Shown one piece after another: positions 27,860-36,927 of a stretch of DNA of 64,000 bases; within the stretch, counting starts at the first letter, position 1; every line of letters starts with the position of its first letter. The stretch comes from Clostridia bacterium (GTDB taxonomy: Bacteria; Bacillota; Clostridia; Christensenellales; CAG-138). The stretch lies in NCBI GenBank assembly GCA_017448545.1, contig JAFSLH010000005.1, positions 52,627 to 116,626 on the forward strand. The letters run 5' to 3'. A program made the translations under genes and the position numbers. The notes beneath the pieces are model-generated. The model saw only the letters and a program-made list of their open reading frames with translations. It ran no database searches and was not told the origin of the DNA.

Positions 27860-29934
27860 CGGCAAAAGAAAAGAAGCGTCGGCGCAGAAGGATACGCGTG
27901 ATCGTTGCGGGAGGGATCCTGCTGATCGGCGTCCTTGTATTTGCGGCTTCGCTTTGGCTTTCAATTGCATATTTCGGGATTCGACCGTTTGTTGCAGCCG
28001 AGTACGGGCAGGGTTTGCCGAATCCTTCGGCGTTCGGCGATCGCGTCGTCGGCTATGCGGAAGCGTCGGAACCGCAAAAGGGCGTGAACCGGGTTCGCTT
28101 ACGGCTCGAAAACGGCGGCGAACGCGTTGCTTGGCTGACGGTACGCGATACGACCGCGCCGACTGCCGAACCGGCGGAGCGCACGATTTCCACGCTCGTT
28201 ACGCTGAAACCGACGGACCTGATCGAGCATCTTGCGGACGCGGACCTGGTGGGCGTGTCGTTTGCCTCTGTTCCGCCGTTTGGCACGGTCGGCGACTATT
28301 CCGTGGAGATTCTGCTGGAGGACGTTTCCAATAACAAAACTTCCTTGGAATCGACGCTGCATATTCGCGTCGTCAACGAAGGCGTGACGATTGAAGCAGG
28401 GGAGGATGCACCGTCTGTGGAATCGTTTCTGATCGATGACTATGCGGTGGAACGTGTTGCCGGACTGGATGCGCAAACGATCCGAACGCCCGGCAAGCAT
28501 TCGGTATTCGTTACGATCGACGGGGAAACGTATGAAACGTTTCTGACCGTAACAGACACGGTTGCGCCGACGGCGGAAACGCAAACGCTGTTCCTGAAAC
28601 CGGGAACGAACCCCGATCCGGCAGACTTCTTACGCAACGTTTCGGACGGCAGCGACGTTTCGGCTGCGTTCCTGCAAGCGCCCGATCCGGATGTACGCAC
28701 GTTTCAGACGGTGGAAATCCGCCTGACCGACGCGGCGGGGAACACGTTCGACTGTACCGCGTCGCTGCTTTTTACCGATATTCTGCCGATTACGATCGAA
28801 GCAAGGAACAGCGTACTGACAATCGAGGACTGCTTCCCGGACGGCGTGCCGGAAGGCGCTGCACTGCTGACTTCCTTTATTACGAACCGGCTCGGCACGT
28901 TTTCCGTATCGGTTGCAGTGGACGGGACGGAGGAGATGGCGATTATCGAAGTCGTCGATACGACCGCGCCGGTGCTGTACGTTCGCAAGCAGAAGTACTA
29001 TACGAACCATCCGCTTCCGACCGAAGAGCTTTATACGGCAGTGGTGGACGGAACGGAAACGACCGTGACGGCGTCGGAGATCGATTGGTCGTTCGAGGGC
29101 GTGCAGACCGTTACGCTGACGGCAGTCGATGCAGCAGGGAACGAATCGGAGGATTCGTTTGAACTGACACTTGTACGGGATGCAGTCGCGCCGACTCTGT
29201 ACGGCGTGCGCGATCGGAACGCCTACGTCGGCGAACCGGTGGCATACCTTGCGGAAGTTTTTGCAACGGATGCGCTGGACGGGGAGATTGCGGTAACCGT
29301 CGACGCTTCGGCAGTGGACCCCAACCGCGCGGGAACGTACACCGTGACGTATACAGCGACGGACCTGTCCGGGAATGCGACGGTCAAAAGCTGCCGGTTT
29401 ACGTTTACGAATCCAACCGTGTCGGAGGAAGAACTGCGCGCGCTGACGACGGAGATTGTTGCGCGCGTTACGACGCCGGACATGACGAAAACCGAAAATC
29501 TGGTCGCCCTGTACCGGTACGTCTATGACCGGATTACGTACAACGGCAAATCGGACAAAACGGACTGGCGCAAGGAAGCCGTCAACGGCATCCGGCTCGG
29601 CGTGGGCGACTGCTTTACGTATTACGCCACGCTGCGCGCGCTGCTGGATGAAACGGATATTGAATACATGAGCGTAACGCGCAAGGGCGGCGCAACGCGG
29701 CATTTCTGGCTGCTGGTCAACGTCGGTACCGGATGGTATCATCTCGACGCGAACCACAACGCCACGGCACACTGGGAATGCTTTATGTGGACAAACGCAC
29801 AATGCGCTTCGCCGGCCGGATTCTGGACATTTGACCAGTCGCTTTATCCGGCGGTTGCAACGGAACCGTTCGTTGCAAGCGCGGTGATTGCCGCCGAAAA
29901 GGCAGAGAGAAACGAATCCATCGAAACGGAATGA
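27856..29934 (+). CDS. Membrane-anchored Ig-repeat protein with C-terminal transglutaminase-like core
   Basis: An ATGA overlap couples it to dat. It has an N-terminal TM segment and repeated modules each introduced by DT(T/V)AP(T/V). The C-terminal Cys-His-Asp core is GVGDCFTYYA and HFWLLVNVGTGWYHLDA. Confidence 0.75.
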   Translation: MTAKEKKRRRRRIRVIVAGGILLIGVLVFAASLWLSIAYFGIRPFVAAEYGQGLPNPSAFGDRVVGYAEASEPQKGVNRVRLRLENGGERVAWLTVRDTTAPTAEPAERTISTLVTLKPTDLIEHLADADLVGVSFASVPPFGTVGDYSVEILLEDVSNNKTSLESTLHIRVVNEGVTIEAGEDAPSVESFLIDDYAVERVAGLDAQTIRTPGKHSVFVTIDGETYETFLTVTDTVAPTAETQTLFLKPGTNPDPADFLRNVSDGSDVSAAFLQAPDPDVRTFQTVEIRLTDAAGNTFDCTASLLFTDILPITIEARNSVLTIEDCFPDGVPEGAALLTSFITNRLGTFSVSVAVDGTEEMAIIEVVDTTAPVLYVRKQKYYTNHPLPTEELYTAVVDGTETTVTASEIDWSFEGVQTVTLTAVDAAGNESEDSFELTLVRDAVAPTLYGVRDRNAYVGEPVAYLAEVFATDALDGEIAVTVDASAVDPNRAGTYTVTYTATDLSGNATVKSCRFTFTNPTVSEEELRALTTEIVARVTTPDMTKTENLVALYRYVYDRITYNGKSDKTDWRKEAVNGIRLGVGDCFTYYATLRALLDETDIEYMSVTRKGGATRHFWLLVNVGTGWYHLDANHNATAHWECFMWTNAQCASPAGFWTFDQSLYPAVATEPFVASAVIAAEKAERNESIETE

Positions 29935-32024
29935 GTCAGAACAGCAAACGACAACCGAATCGGAAATCCTCCGCGCTCGCCCGCTTTTTCGGCGGGCTGA
30001 TCCTCGCGCTCGGCATTCTGATCGGCGGTTCGCTTTTGCTGATCGGCATTGCATACTTCGGGCTGAAGCCGGTCGTCGTTTGGGAATACGGAACGGGTAT
30101 TCCTGAGATTTCCGTGTTCGCACCGGGTAAAGCCGCAAGCTATGTGGATACGCTGCCGCAAAAGCCGGAAATCGGTCTGCACACCGTTCGGATCGAAGTG
30201 AACGGGTGGGAACGGCCTGTCTGGCTCTATGTGGAGGACACGACGGCGCCGACCGCCACGGCGCGGGAACAGACCGTTTCGACCAAAACGGTTTTGAAGC
30301 CGACGGAGCTGATCGACCATCTGACGGACGCCGACAAGGTTTGGGTTGACTTTTTGGAGATTCCGCCGTTCGGAACCGTCGGCGACTTTCCGGTCACGAT
30401 TGTTTTGCAGGACGTTTCCGGCAACCGTTCCGAAGTGGAATCCGCGCTGCACGTCCGGCGCGTCAAGGATACCGGATTAACGGTGGAAGCGGGAGACGAA
30501 GCGCCGCAGGCGGACGATTTTCTGACCGATGCGTACGGTGCGACGCTTTTGACTGTGATCGACGAAACCATGCTGCGGACGCCGGGAACCTATCCGATTG
30601 AGATTGCGGCGGACGGCGTTACGGTTCAGTCGACTCTGACCGTTGTGGATACCAAAGCGCCCGACGTCGAAACGCACATGCTGTTCCGCGAACCGGGGGC
30701 AACGGTTTTGCCGGAGGAATTTTGCGAGCGGATCGAGGATGCGTGCGACGTTACGGTCGCATATCTCGTGGCCCCGGACCCGGACGAACGCTCGTTCCAA
30801 CAGGTGACAATCCGTGTAACGGACGCGGCGGGCAACGTCACAGACGCGACGGCAGGGCTTCTGTTCACGCACGCGACGCCGGTCGTTGTGGAGGCGCGCA
30901 ATACGTCGCTGACGGCAGAGGAATGTCTCGAAGATGCGGAATACACCGGAGCCGTTCTGGTGCGCGACTTCGTGCCGGACACAACCGGCTTGTTTGCGGT
31001 GACACTGTATGTGGACGGTGCGCCGGAGATTGCGCTCGTCGAAGTGCAGGACACGGTTGCGCCCGTCGTGCAGACGAAGCCGTTTCAATGGTATCTCGAT
31101 CATCCGATCGACGCTGCGCGGCTTTGTACCGTCACCGATGCAACGGCGACGGAAGCGTTTTATGTGAGCGAAGTGGACTGGCGCGCTGCGAATCAGGAAG
31201 TCACGATTCTCGTGCGCGACGCGGGCGGAAACGAGACCGAAGCTACGCTTTCGCTTTCGCTGATCGCAGACCTGGAGCCCCCGGCGCTGTACGGCGTGCA
31301 GGATCGGTATTTCTATCTCGACGAGCCGTATGCGTACCTGACGGGCGTCACGGCGGTAGACAATGCGGACGGACTCGTTGAAGTGACAGTGGACACAAGC
31401 GCCGTTACGCCGAACAAGACCGGTTCGTATCGCGTGACGTACTTTGCGAGCGATTCGGTCGGAAACAGCATTTCGCGCATTGTGACCATTACGGTCAAAA
31501 AATCCACGACCAATACGAAAAAACTCGACAAGTACGTGAAAAAGGTTGCGGATCGCATCTTTACGGACAAGATGTCGCTGGCGGACAAGGTAACGGCGAT
31601 CTATGAATATGTCTTTGACAACATCCATTACGTCGCAAAGTCGGACAAGACGGATTGGAAAAAGGAGGCGCTGCGCGGTTTGACGACAGGCAAGGGCGAT
31701 TGCTTCACCGCGAACTGCGTTGCGCGCGCGCTTCTGGAATCTGTCGGCGCGGAAACGTATCCGATCCGGCGGTATAAGGGCAACGGCAATCACTACTGGC
31801 TGTTGGTCAACATCGGGACCGGGTGGTACCACTTCGATGCACACAATTCCTGGGAGCACGGCTATCAGTGCTGCATGTGGACGGATGCGCAATGCTCGGT
31901 GATGAGCGCCTATTGGCGGTACGACAAGACGACGTGCCCGGCGGTCGCGACGGAGCCGTTCAGCAAATCTGCGGCACAGGCCGTGGAGAAAGAATGGCTG
32001 CAATCCCATCAAAACGGAGAATAA
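29931..32024 (+). CDS. Paralogous membrane-anchored Ig-repeat / transglutaminase-like protein
   Basis: An ATGA overlap couples it to the upstream paralog, and the architecture is the same. The core reads GKGDCFTANC and HYWLLVNIGTGWYHFDA. Confidence 0.75.
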   Translation: MSQNSKRQPNRKSSALARFFGGLILALGILIGGSLLLIGIAYFGLKPVVVWEYGTGIPEISVFAPGKAASYVDTLPQKPEIGLHTVRIEVNGWERPVWLYVEDTTAPTATAREQTVSTKTVLKPTELIDHLTDADKVWVDFLEIPPFGTVGDFPVTIVLQDVSGNRSEVESALHVRRVKDTGLTVEAGDEAPQADDFLTDAYGATLLTVIDETMLRTPGTYPIEIAADGVTVQSTLTVVDTKAPDVETHMLFREPGATVLPEEFCERIEDACDVTVAYLVAPDPDERSFQQVTIRVTDAAGNVTDATAGLLFTHATPVVVEARNTSLTAEECLEDAEYTGAVLVRDFVPDTTGLFAVTLYVDGAPEIALVEVQDTVAPVVQTKPFQWYLDHPIDAARLCTVTDATATEAFYVSEVDWRAANQEVTILVRDAGGNETEATLSLSLIADLEPPALYGVQDRYFYLDEPYAYLTGVTAVDNADGLVEVTVDTSAVTPNKTGSYRVTYFASDSVGNSISRIVTITVKKSTTNTKKLDKYVKKVADRIFTDKMSLADKVTAIYEYVFDNIHYVAKSDKTDWKKEALRGLTTGKGDCFTANCVARALLESVGAETYPIRRYKGNGNHYWLLVNIGTGWYHFDAHNSWEHGYQCCMWTDAQCSVMSAYWRYDKTTCPAVATEPFSKSAAQAVEKEWLQSHQNGE

Positions 32025-32027
32025 CGT

Positions 32028-33542
32028 ATGAAAACGATTTTGGAATATCTCGATCTACAGGCGATGCTTCGACCGGAGAAGGCCGCATTTTGCGACGAAA
32101 CGGTTTGCTATTCGTTTTCGGAGAGCAAGGAAATGACGATGCGCATCGGTTCCGTTCTGCTCTCTGCCGGAGCGAACCGGGAATCGGTCGCAATCCTTCT
32201 GCCGCGCTCCGCAACAATGCTGCTCGCGATGCTCGGCACGATGCGCGCGGGCTGCCCCTATGTGCCGCTGGACGCGGAACTCGGCGCGCTTCGTCTTTCC
32301 TCGATCTTTGAGCGAGTTCAGCCGCGGTTTCTGATTGCCGATGAATCGACGGAACCGATCGCGCGGGAGAACGGTTTTTCCGGCACTGTGATCCGGATTT
32401 CCGAAGCTATGCAAACCGAGCCCGATCTATGCGCGCTTGCAGACGTGTATCATCGGCTGCTCGACGTCGATCCGGCGTATATTGTATTTACAAGCGGTTC
32501 GACCGGCGCACCGAAAGGCGTGATCGGCAAGCACAGCGCGATGCTCGATTATGCGGAGCAGTTGACCGGCGTTTTGCGCGTGACGGACAAGGATGTGTTC
32601 GGGATGCAGGCGCCGCTGTACGTGGATGCGTGCCTGAAGGAAATTCTTTCGGTTCTGCGCTGCGGCGCGACGCTTTGGATCGTTCCGAAGCGACTGTTTA
32701 TGGCGCCGGTGGAGTTGGTACGTTTTTTGAACGACCATGCGGTGACGACCGTTTGCTGGGTGGTTCCGGCGCTGACGCTGATTTCGTCGCTGCACACGTT
32801 CAGCGAGATTGTGCCGACCACGCTGAAAACGATTGCGTTCGGCAGCGAAGTGTTCCCGATCCGGCAGCTGCACCTTTGGGAACAGTACGTTCCGGCACGG
32901 TACATCAATCTGTATGGGCCGACCGAGTGCACCGGCATGTCTTGCTGGTACGAAATTGACCGCGCATTTTGCGACGGGGATCGGATTCCGATCGGCCGAC
33001 CGTTCGACAATACGGAAATCCTTTTGCTGGATGAATCCGATCATCCGGCGACCGAAGGCGAAATCTGCATCCGCGGCGTTTGTCTCTGTCATGGGTACTG
33101 GAACGATCCGGAGCATACGGCCGCTGCGTTTGTGCAGAACCCGCTGTGCGCGTCCTATCCGGATCGGATCTATCGCACGGGAGACCACGGCCGGTACAAT
33201 GCGCGCGGAGAACTGGAGTTTCTCGGCCGAATCGACAATCAGATCAAGCGGATGGGCCATCGGATCGAGCTCGGCGAGCTTGAGAACGCTGCGCTGAAAA
33301 CGGACGGCGTCTCGGGCGCGTGCGCCGTATTCGATCCGGAAAAGAACCGGCTTGCGCTTGCCTATACCGGAACGGCTGAAAAAGCTGCCGTTGTGACCGG
33401 ACTGCGCGGTTCCGTACCGGAATATATGCTGCCCGGCAAAGTGCTCCGCCTTGATCGGATGCCGCTGACCGGCAACGGCAAAACCGACCGGCTCGCTGTG
33501 CATCGTCTCTGCTTCCCGTCGAAACCTTCTGCAGTCAAATAA
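32028..33542 (+). CDS. Stand-alone amino-acid adenylation enzyme, DltA-like carrier protein ligase
   Basis: Adenylation motifs FTSGSTGAPKGV, NLYGPTE, YRTGD, GRIDNQIKRMGHRIELGELE and GNGKTDR. At 504 aa it is DltA-sized. Confidence 0.85.
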   Translation: MKTILEYLDLQAMLRPEKAAFCDETVCYSFSESKEMTMRIGSVLLSAGANRESVAILLPRSATMLLAMLGTMRAGCPYVPLDAELGALRLSSIFERVQPRFLIADESTEPIARENGFSGTVIRISEAMQTEPDLCALADVYHRLLDVDPAYIVFTSGSTGAPKGVIGKHSAMLDYAEQLTGVLRVTDKDVFGMQAPLYVDACLKEILSVLRCGATLWIVPKRLFMAPVELVRFLNDHAVTTVCWVVPALTLISSLHTFSEIVPTTLKTIAFGSEVFPIRQLHLWEQYVPARYINLYGPTECTGMSCWYEIDRAFCDGDRIPIGRPFDNTEILLLDESDHPATEGEICIRGVCLCHGYWNDPEHTAAAFVQNPLCASYPDRIYRTGDHGRYNARGELEFLGRIDNQIKRMGHRIELGELENAALKTDGVSGACAVFDPEKNRLALAYTGTAEKAAVVTGLRGSVPEYMLPGKVLRLDRMPLTGNGKTDRLAVHRLCFPSKPSAVK

Positions 33543-33555
33543 GAAAGGAATTTGT

Positions 33556-33786
33556 ATGGATACGTTACTGGAGATTTTGTCCGAGCTGCGGCCCGACGTG
33601 GATTTTGCCGCGGAAGACCGGCTGGTCGAACGGGGGCTGCTCGGTTCGTTTGACGTGGTCATGCTGGTGACCCGAATTGAGGAGGAGTTCGACGTTGTGA
33701 TTCCGGCGCGTTTGATCACGCCCGAAACGTTCCGCTCCGCCGAAGCGCTGTATTCCGTCATTCAAACGCTGTCCGAGGAGGATTGA
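33556..33786 (+). CDS. DltC-like aminoacyl/acyl carrier protein
   Basis: 76 aa. The sequence LLGSFDVVMLVTRIEEEF places the phosphopantetheine Ser at residue 31, as in DltC (IDSF). Confidence 0.8.
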   Translation: MDTLLEILSELRPDVDFAAEDRLVERGLLGSFDVVMLVTRIEEEFDVVIPARLITPETFRSAEALYSVIQTLSEED

Positions 33787-35363
33787 TGCTGTTCACGTCC
33801 TGGGGATTCGCATTGTTGATCGCGGTTCTGATTCCGCTGTACTATGCGGTTCCTCAAAAATGCAAAACGGCTGTGCTGCTGCTTGCGAACCTGGTGTTCT
33901 ATGCGTTCGCAGGCGTTTTCGCGCTGCTGCTTTTGCTCGGGACGGCGGCTTCGGTCTATTGCTTCGCACGTTGGATCGGATGGCTATGGACGCAGCAGAA
34001 GGATTCGCTTGCCGCGCATCGGGAGGACTGGGACAAGGCGCAAAAGAAATCGTTCCGGGAACGGATGGAAAAGAAGCGTCGGCTGGCGCTTGCGCTGTGC
34101 CTTGTACTGCACTTCGGGATTCTGTTCGGGATGAAGTACGGCGCGGGAATCGTCGGCCTTGCCAACGGCCTGTTCGGCACGACGTGGGACGGGACGAAGA
34201 TCGTCCTGTTCATGGGCTGTTCGTTCTACACGTTTTCTGCGATGGGGTATGTGATCGACGTGCAGCGCGGCAAGTATCCCGCTGAGCGAAATCCGTTTCG
34301 CGTGCTCCTGTTCACTTCGTTCTTTCCGATTCTGGTGCAGGGGCCGATCAGCCGCTTTGACCGGCTCGGCGAAACGCTGTTTGCGCCGCATCGCTTTTCC
34401 CGGGAAAACCTCGAAGCCGGTCTGCTGCGCGTACTGTGGGGCTACTGGAAAAAGCTGATCGTGGCCGATCGGCTTTTGGTGGCGGTTAAGCAGCTGATCC
34501 GATATCCGGAGACCTATAACGGCGCGTTTGTATTCCTCGGAATGCTGCTGTACGCGGCAACGCTGTATGCCGACTTTACCGGCGGCATCGACATCACGAT
34601 CGGCATCGGACGAATGCTCGGGATTCGCATCGACGAGAACTTTATCCGACCGTATTTCTCTAAGAGCATCGGCGAATACTGGCGGCGCTGGCATATCACG
34701 CTCGGCGCATGGTTCAAGGAATACCTGTATTATCCGATTTCAGTCAGCAAACCGCTGCGTCGATTGACGAAAGCGGCGCGAAAACTCGGCGACGGGTTTG
34801 CGCGGAGATTGCCCGTTTATATCGCAACGTTCGCCGTCTGGGCTGTGACCGGTATGTGGCACGGCAATTCGTGGAATTTCCTCGTTTGGGGCCTCTCAAA
34901 CGGCGTGATCCTATTGGCAAGCGAGGAGCTCTCGCCGCTCTACGCGCGTTTTCACGGCCGTTTTCGCGGCTGGAAGGATGCTTGGGCCTATCGTGCGTTT
35001 ACGGTCATTCGGACGGTTCTGCTGCTTTCCTGCCTGCGAATGTTCGACTGCTATGCGACGGTGCCCGAAACGCTGCGCGCGTTCGGTTCGATGTTTACGG
35101 TGTGGAACCTGCCGATGCTTTGGAACGGCGGAATTGCGTCGCTCGGACTTTCGTTCGGAGATTGGATCGCCGCAGGGGTCGGCGTAGTGCTGATGTTTGC
35201 CGTTTCGTTGCAGCAGCGTCCGGCGCTGCTGACGCCGCGTTTTTTGCAAAAGCCGCTTGCCGTCCGGCTCGCCGTTTACGGGACGCTTCTGATTACGATT
35301 CTGGTGCTCGGATACTATGGATTCGGATTCGATGCGGGACAGTTCATTTATAATCGGTTCTGA
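33786..35363 (+). CDS. MBOAT family O-acyltransferase (DltB/AlgI-like)
   Basis: Multi-TM protein containing the catalytic His block YWRRWHITLGAWFKEYLYYPI. A TGATG overlap couples it to the carrier gene. Confidence 0.85.
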   Translation: MLFTSWGFALLIAVLIPLYYAVPQKCKTAVLLLANLVFYAFAGVFALLLLLGTAASVYCFARWIGWLWTQQKDSLAAHREDWDKAQKKSFRERMEKKRRLALALCLVLHFGILFGMKYGAGIVGLANGLFGTTWDGTKIVLFMGCSFYTFSAMGYVIDVQRGKYPAERNPFRVLLFTSFFPILVQGPISRFDRLGETLFAPHRFSRENLEAGLLRVLWGYWKKLIVADRLLVAVKQLIRYPETYNGAFVFLGMLLYAATLYADFTGGIDITIGIGRMLGIRIDENFIRPYFSKSIGEYWRRWHITLGAWFKEYLYYPISVSKPLRRLTKAARKLGDGFARRLPVYIATFAVWAVTGMWHGNSWNFLVWGLSNGVILLASEELSPLYARFHGRFRGWKDAWAYRAFTVIRTVLLLSCLRMFDCYATVPETLRAFGSMFTVWNLPMLWNGGIASLGLSFGDWIAAGVGVVLMFAVSLQQRPALLTPRFLQKPLAVRLAVYGTLLITILVLGYYGFGFDAGQFIYNRF

Positions 35364-35366
35364 CGT

Positions 35367-36389
35367 ATGAAAGCTGTTTGGAAAAAATGGATCGTTGCGG
35401 GAATCGCCGCGCTGCTGACTGTGGGACTGCTTTGGGCCGCACAGCGGCTCGTCATGCCGAAATACCAGTCCTCGTCCATCGAAGGCAGCCTGACAGAAGA
35501 ATATTACCGCGAAACGCTGAACCATGACGTCCTGTTTATCGGCGACTGTGAAGTGTTCTCCAACTTTTCGCCGATGACACTGTATCGGGAATACGGTATT
35601 GCGTCCTATATCCGCGGATCGGCGCAGCAGCTTGTCTGGCAATCCTATGCGCTGCTCGAGGATGCGCTCGTGACCGATTCTCCGTCCGTCGTTGTGTTTA
35701 ATGTTCTGGCGCTGAAGTACGGGGAACCGCAATCGGAAGCATATAATCGGATGACGATCGACGGGATGCGGTGGGGTAAGGCGAAGATCGACGCGATCCA
35801 AAGCAGCATGACGGACGGGGAAGAGGCGATCACGTACGTTTTCCCGCTGCTGCGGTTCCATGATCGCTGGAGCGAGCTGACTGTGGAGGACTTCCGCTGT
35901 TTCTTCGAAAAGGAACCTGTTTCGTTTAGCGGGTATCTGCTGCGCACCGAAGTACGGCCGGTCACGCAAACGCCCACGCCGGCGCCGCTGACCGACCCGC
36001 ATCTGCCGCAGACGAGCATGGAGTGGCTCGAAAAGCTGTATACGCTGTGCGAATCACACGGGATCGAACTGGTCCTTGTCAAATCCCCGTCGATCGTGCC
36101 GCACTGGTATGACGAATGGGATGCGGATATTGTTGCATTTGCAAATTCGCACGGGATATGGTATACTAACACCATCGCACAAAACGACGAAATCGGGATC
36201 GACTACGAAACGGATACCTGCGATATGGGGCAGCACTTGAACGTTGCCGGCGCGGAGAAGCTTTCGAGCTGGTTCGGCGCGGAACTGCTTCGGCGGTACG
36301 ATCTGCCCGATCGGCGAACGGACGACGCATATACTGCGGTTTGGACGGAACAGATCGAACAATACGAAAGGGCGAAAGCGACGGAATAA
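35367..36389 (+). CDS. Membrane-anchored SGNH/DltD-like protein with Cys at the expected nucleophile position
   Basis: N-terminal TM segment. Block I reads VLFIGDCEVF and the C-terminal block reads DMGQHLNVAGAEKL. The gene sits where dltD would be. Confidence 0.6.
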   Translation: MKAVWKKWIVAGIAALLTVGLLWAAQRLVMPKYQSSSIEGSLTEEYYRETLNHDVLFIGDCEVFSNFSPMTLYREYGIASYIRGSAQQLVWQSYALLEDALVTDSPSVVVFNVLALKYGEPQSEAYNRMTIDGMRWGKAKIDAIQSSMTDGEEAITYVFPLLRFHDRWSELTVEDFRCFFEKEPVSFSGYLLRTEVRPVTQTPTPAPLTDPHLPQTSMEWLEKLYTLCESHGIELVLVKSPSIVPHWYDEWDADIVAFANSHGIWYTNTIAQNDEIGIDYETDTCDMGQHLNVAGAEKLSSWFGAELLRRYDLPDRRTDDAYTAVWTEQIEQYERAKATE

Positions 36390-36390
36390 T

Positions 36391-36909
36391 ATGAAACGAT
36401 TCGGAATCCTGGTACTGGTATTGCTTTTGACGGCGATCGGCTGCGCGCAGCCTGCTTCCGCGCCGCAGAACGGCACGGTTGTATTCGTCGACCCGAACGC
36501 GGTCAAAGCCGGCGCGTACGGCGATCTCTACTTCACGTCCAAGGGATATTCCTTCGGCATTTACGATCCGACGTCGGAGATCTTTGCGCATCTGACGGCG
36601 AACAACTCGTTCGCAGAACAAAGCTGTGCGTTCGACGGGGAAGACGTTTACTACTTTTTCAGCGGATTTGAAATCATGGCGAACGTGATCGACGGCGAAG
36701 AACGTGTCACGGCAATCAATATCGTAGACGATACCGTAATGACGCCGGACGGGCTGTATATCGGCATGCCGGAAGCGGATCTATGCGAAGCGCTGCATTG
36801 TGAGATCGACGACAGCGGCCTTTATCTTGCGAAAGACGGCACCGCGCTGAGAACCGTTACGGTGACCGACGGCACGGTTCGCGCGATCTCATATCTCCCC
36901 GCGGAATAA
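36391..36909 (+). CDS. Small lipoprotein, unknown function
   Basis: Lipobox LLLTAIGCA. The ATG at 36391 lies 1 nt after the upstream stop codon. Confidence 0.6.
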   Translation: MKRFGILVLVLLLTAIGCAQPASAPQNGTVVFVDPNAVKAGAYGDLYFTSKGYSFGIYDPTSEIFAHLTANNSFAEQSCAFDGEDVYYFFSGFEIMANVIDGEERVTAINIVDDTVMTPDGLYIGMPEADLCEALHCEIDDSGLYLAKDGTALRTVTVTDGTVRAISYLPAE

Positions 36910-36927
36910 TCCCCCCCTAAAATGCAT

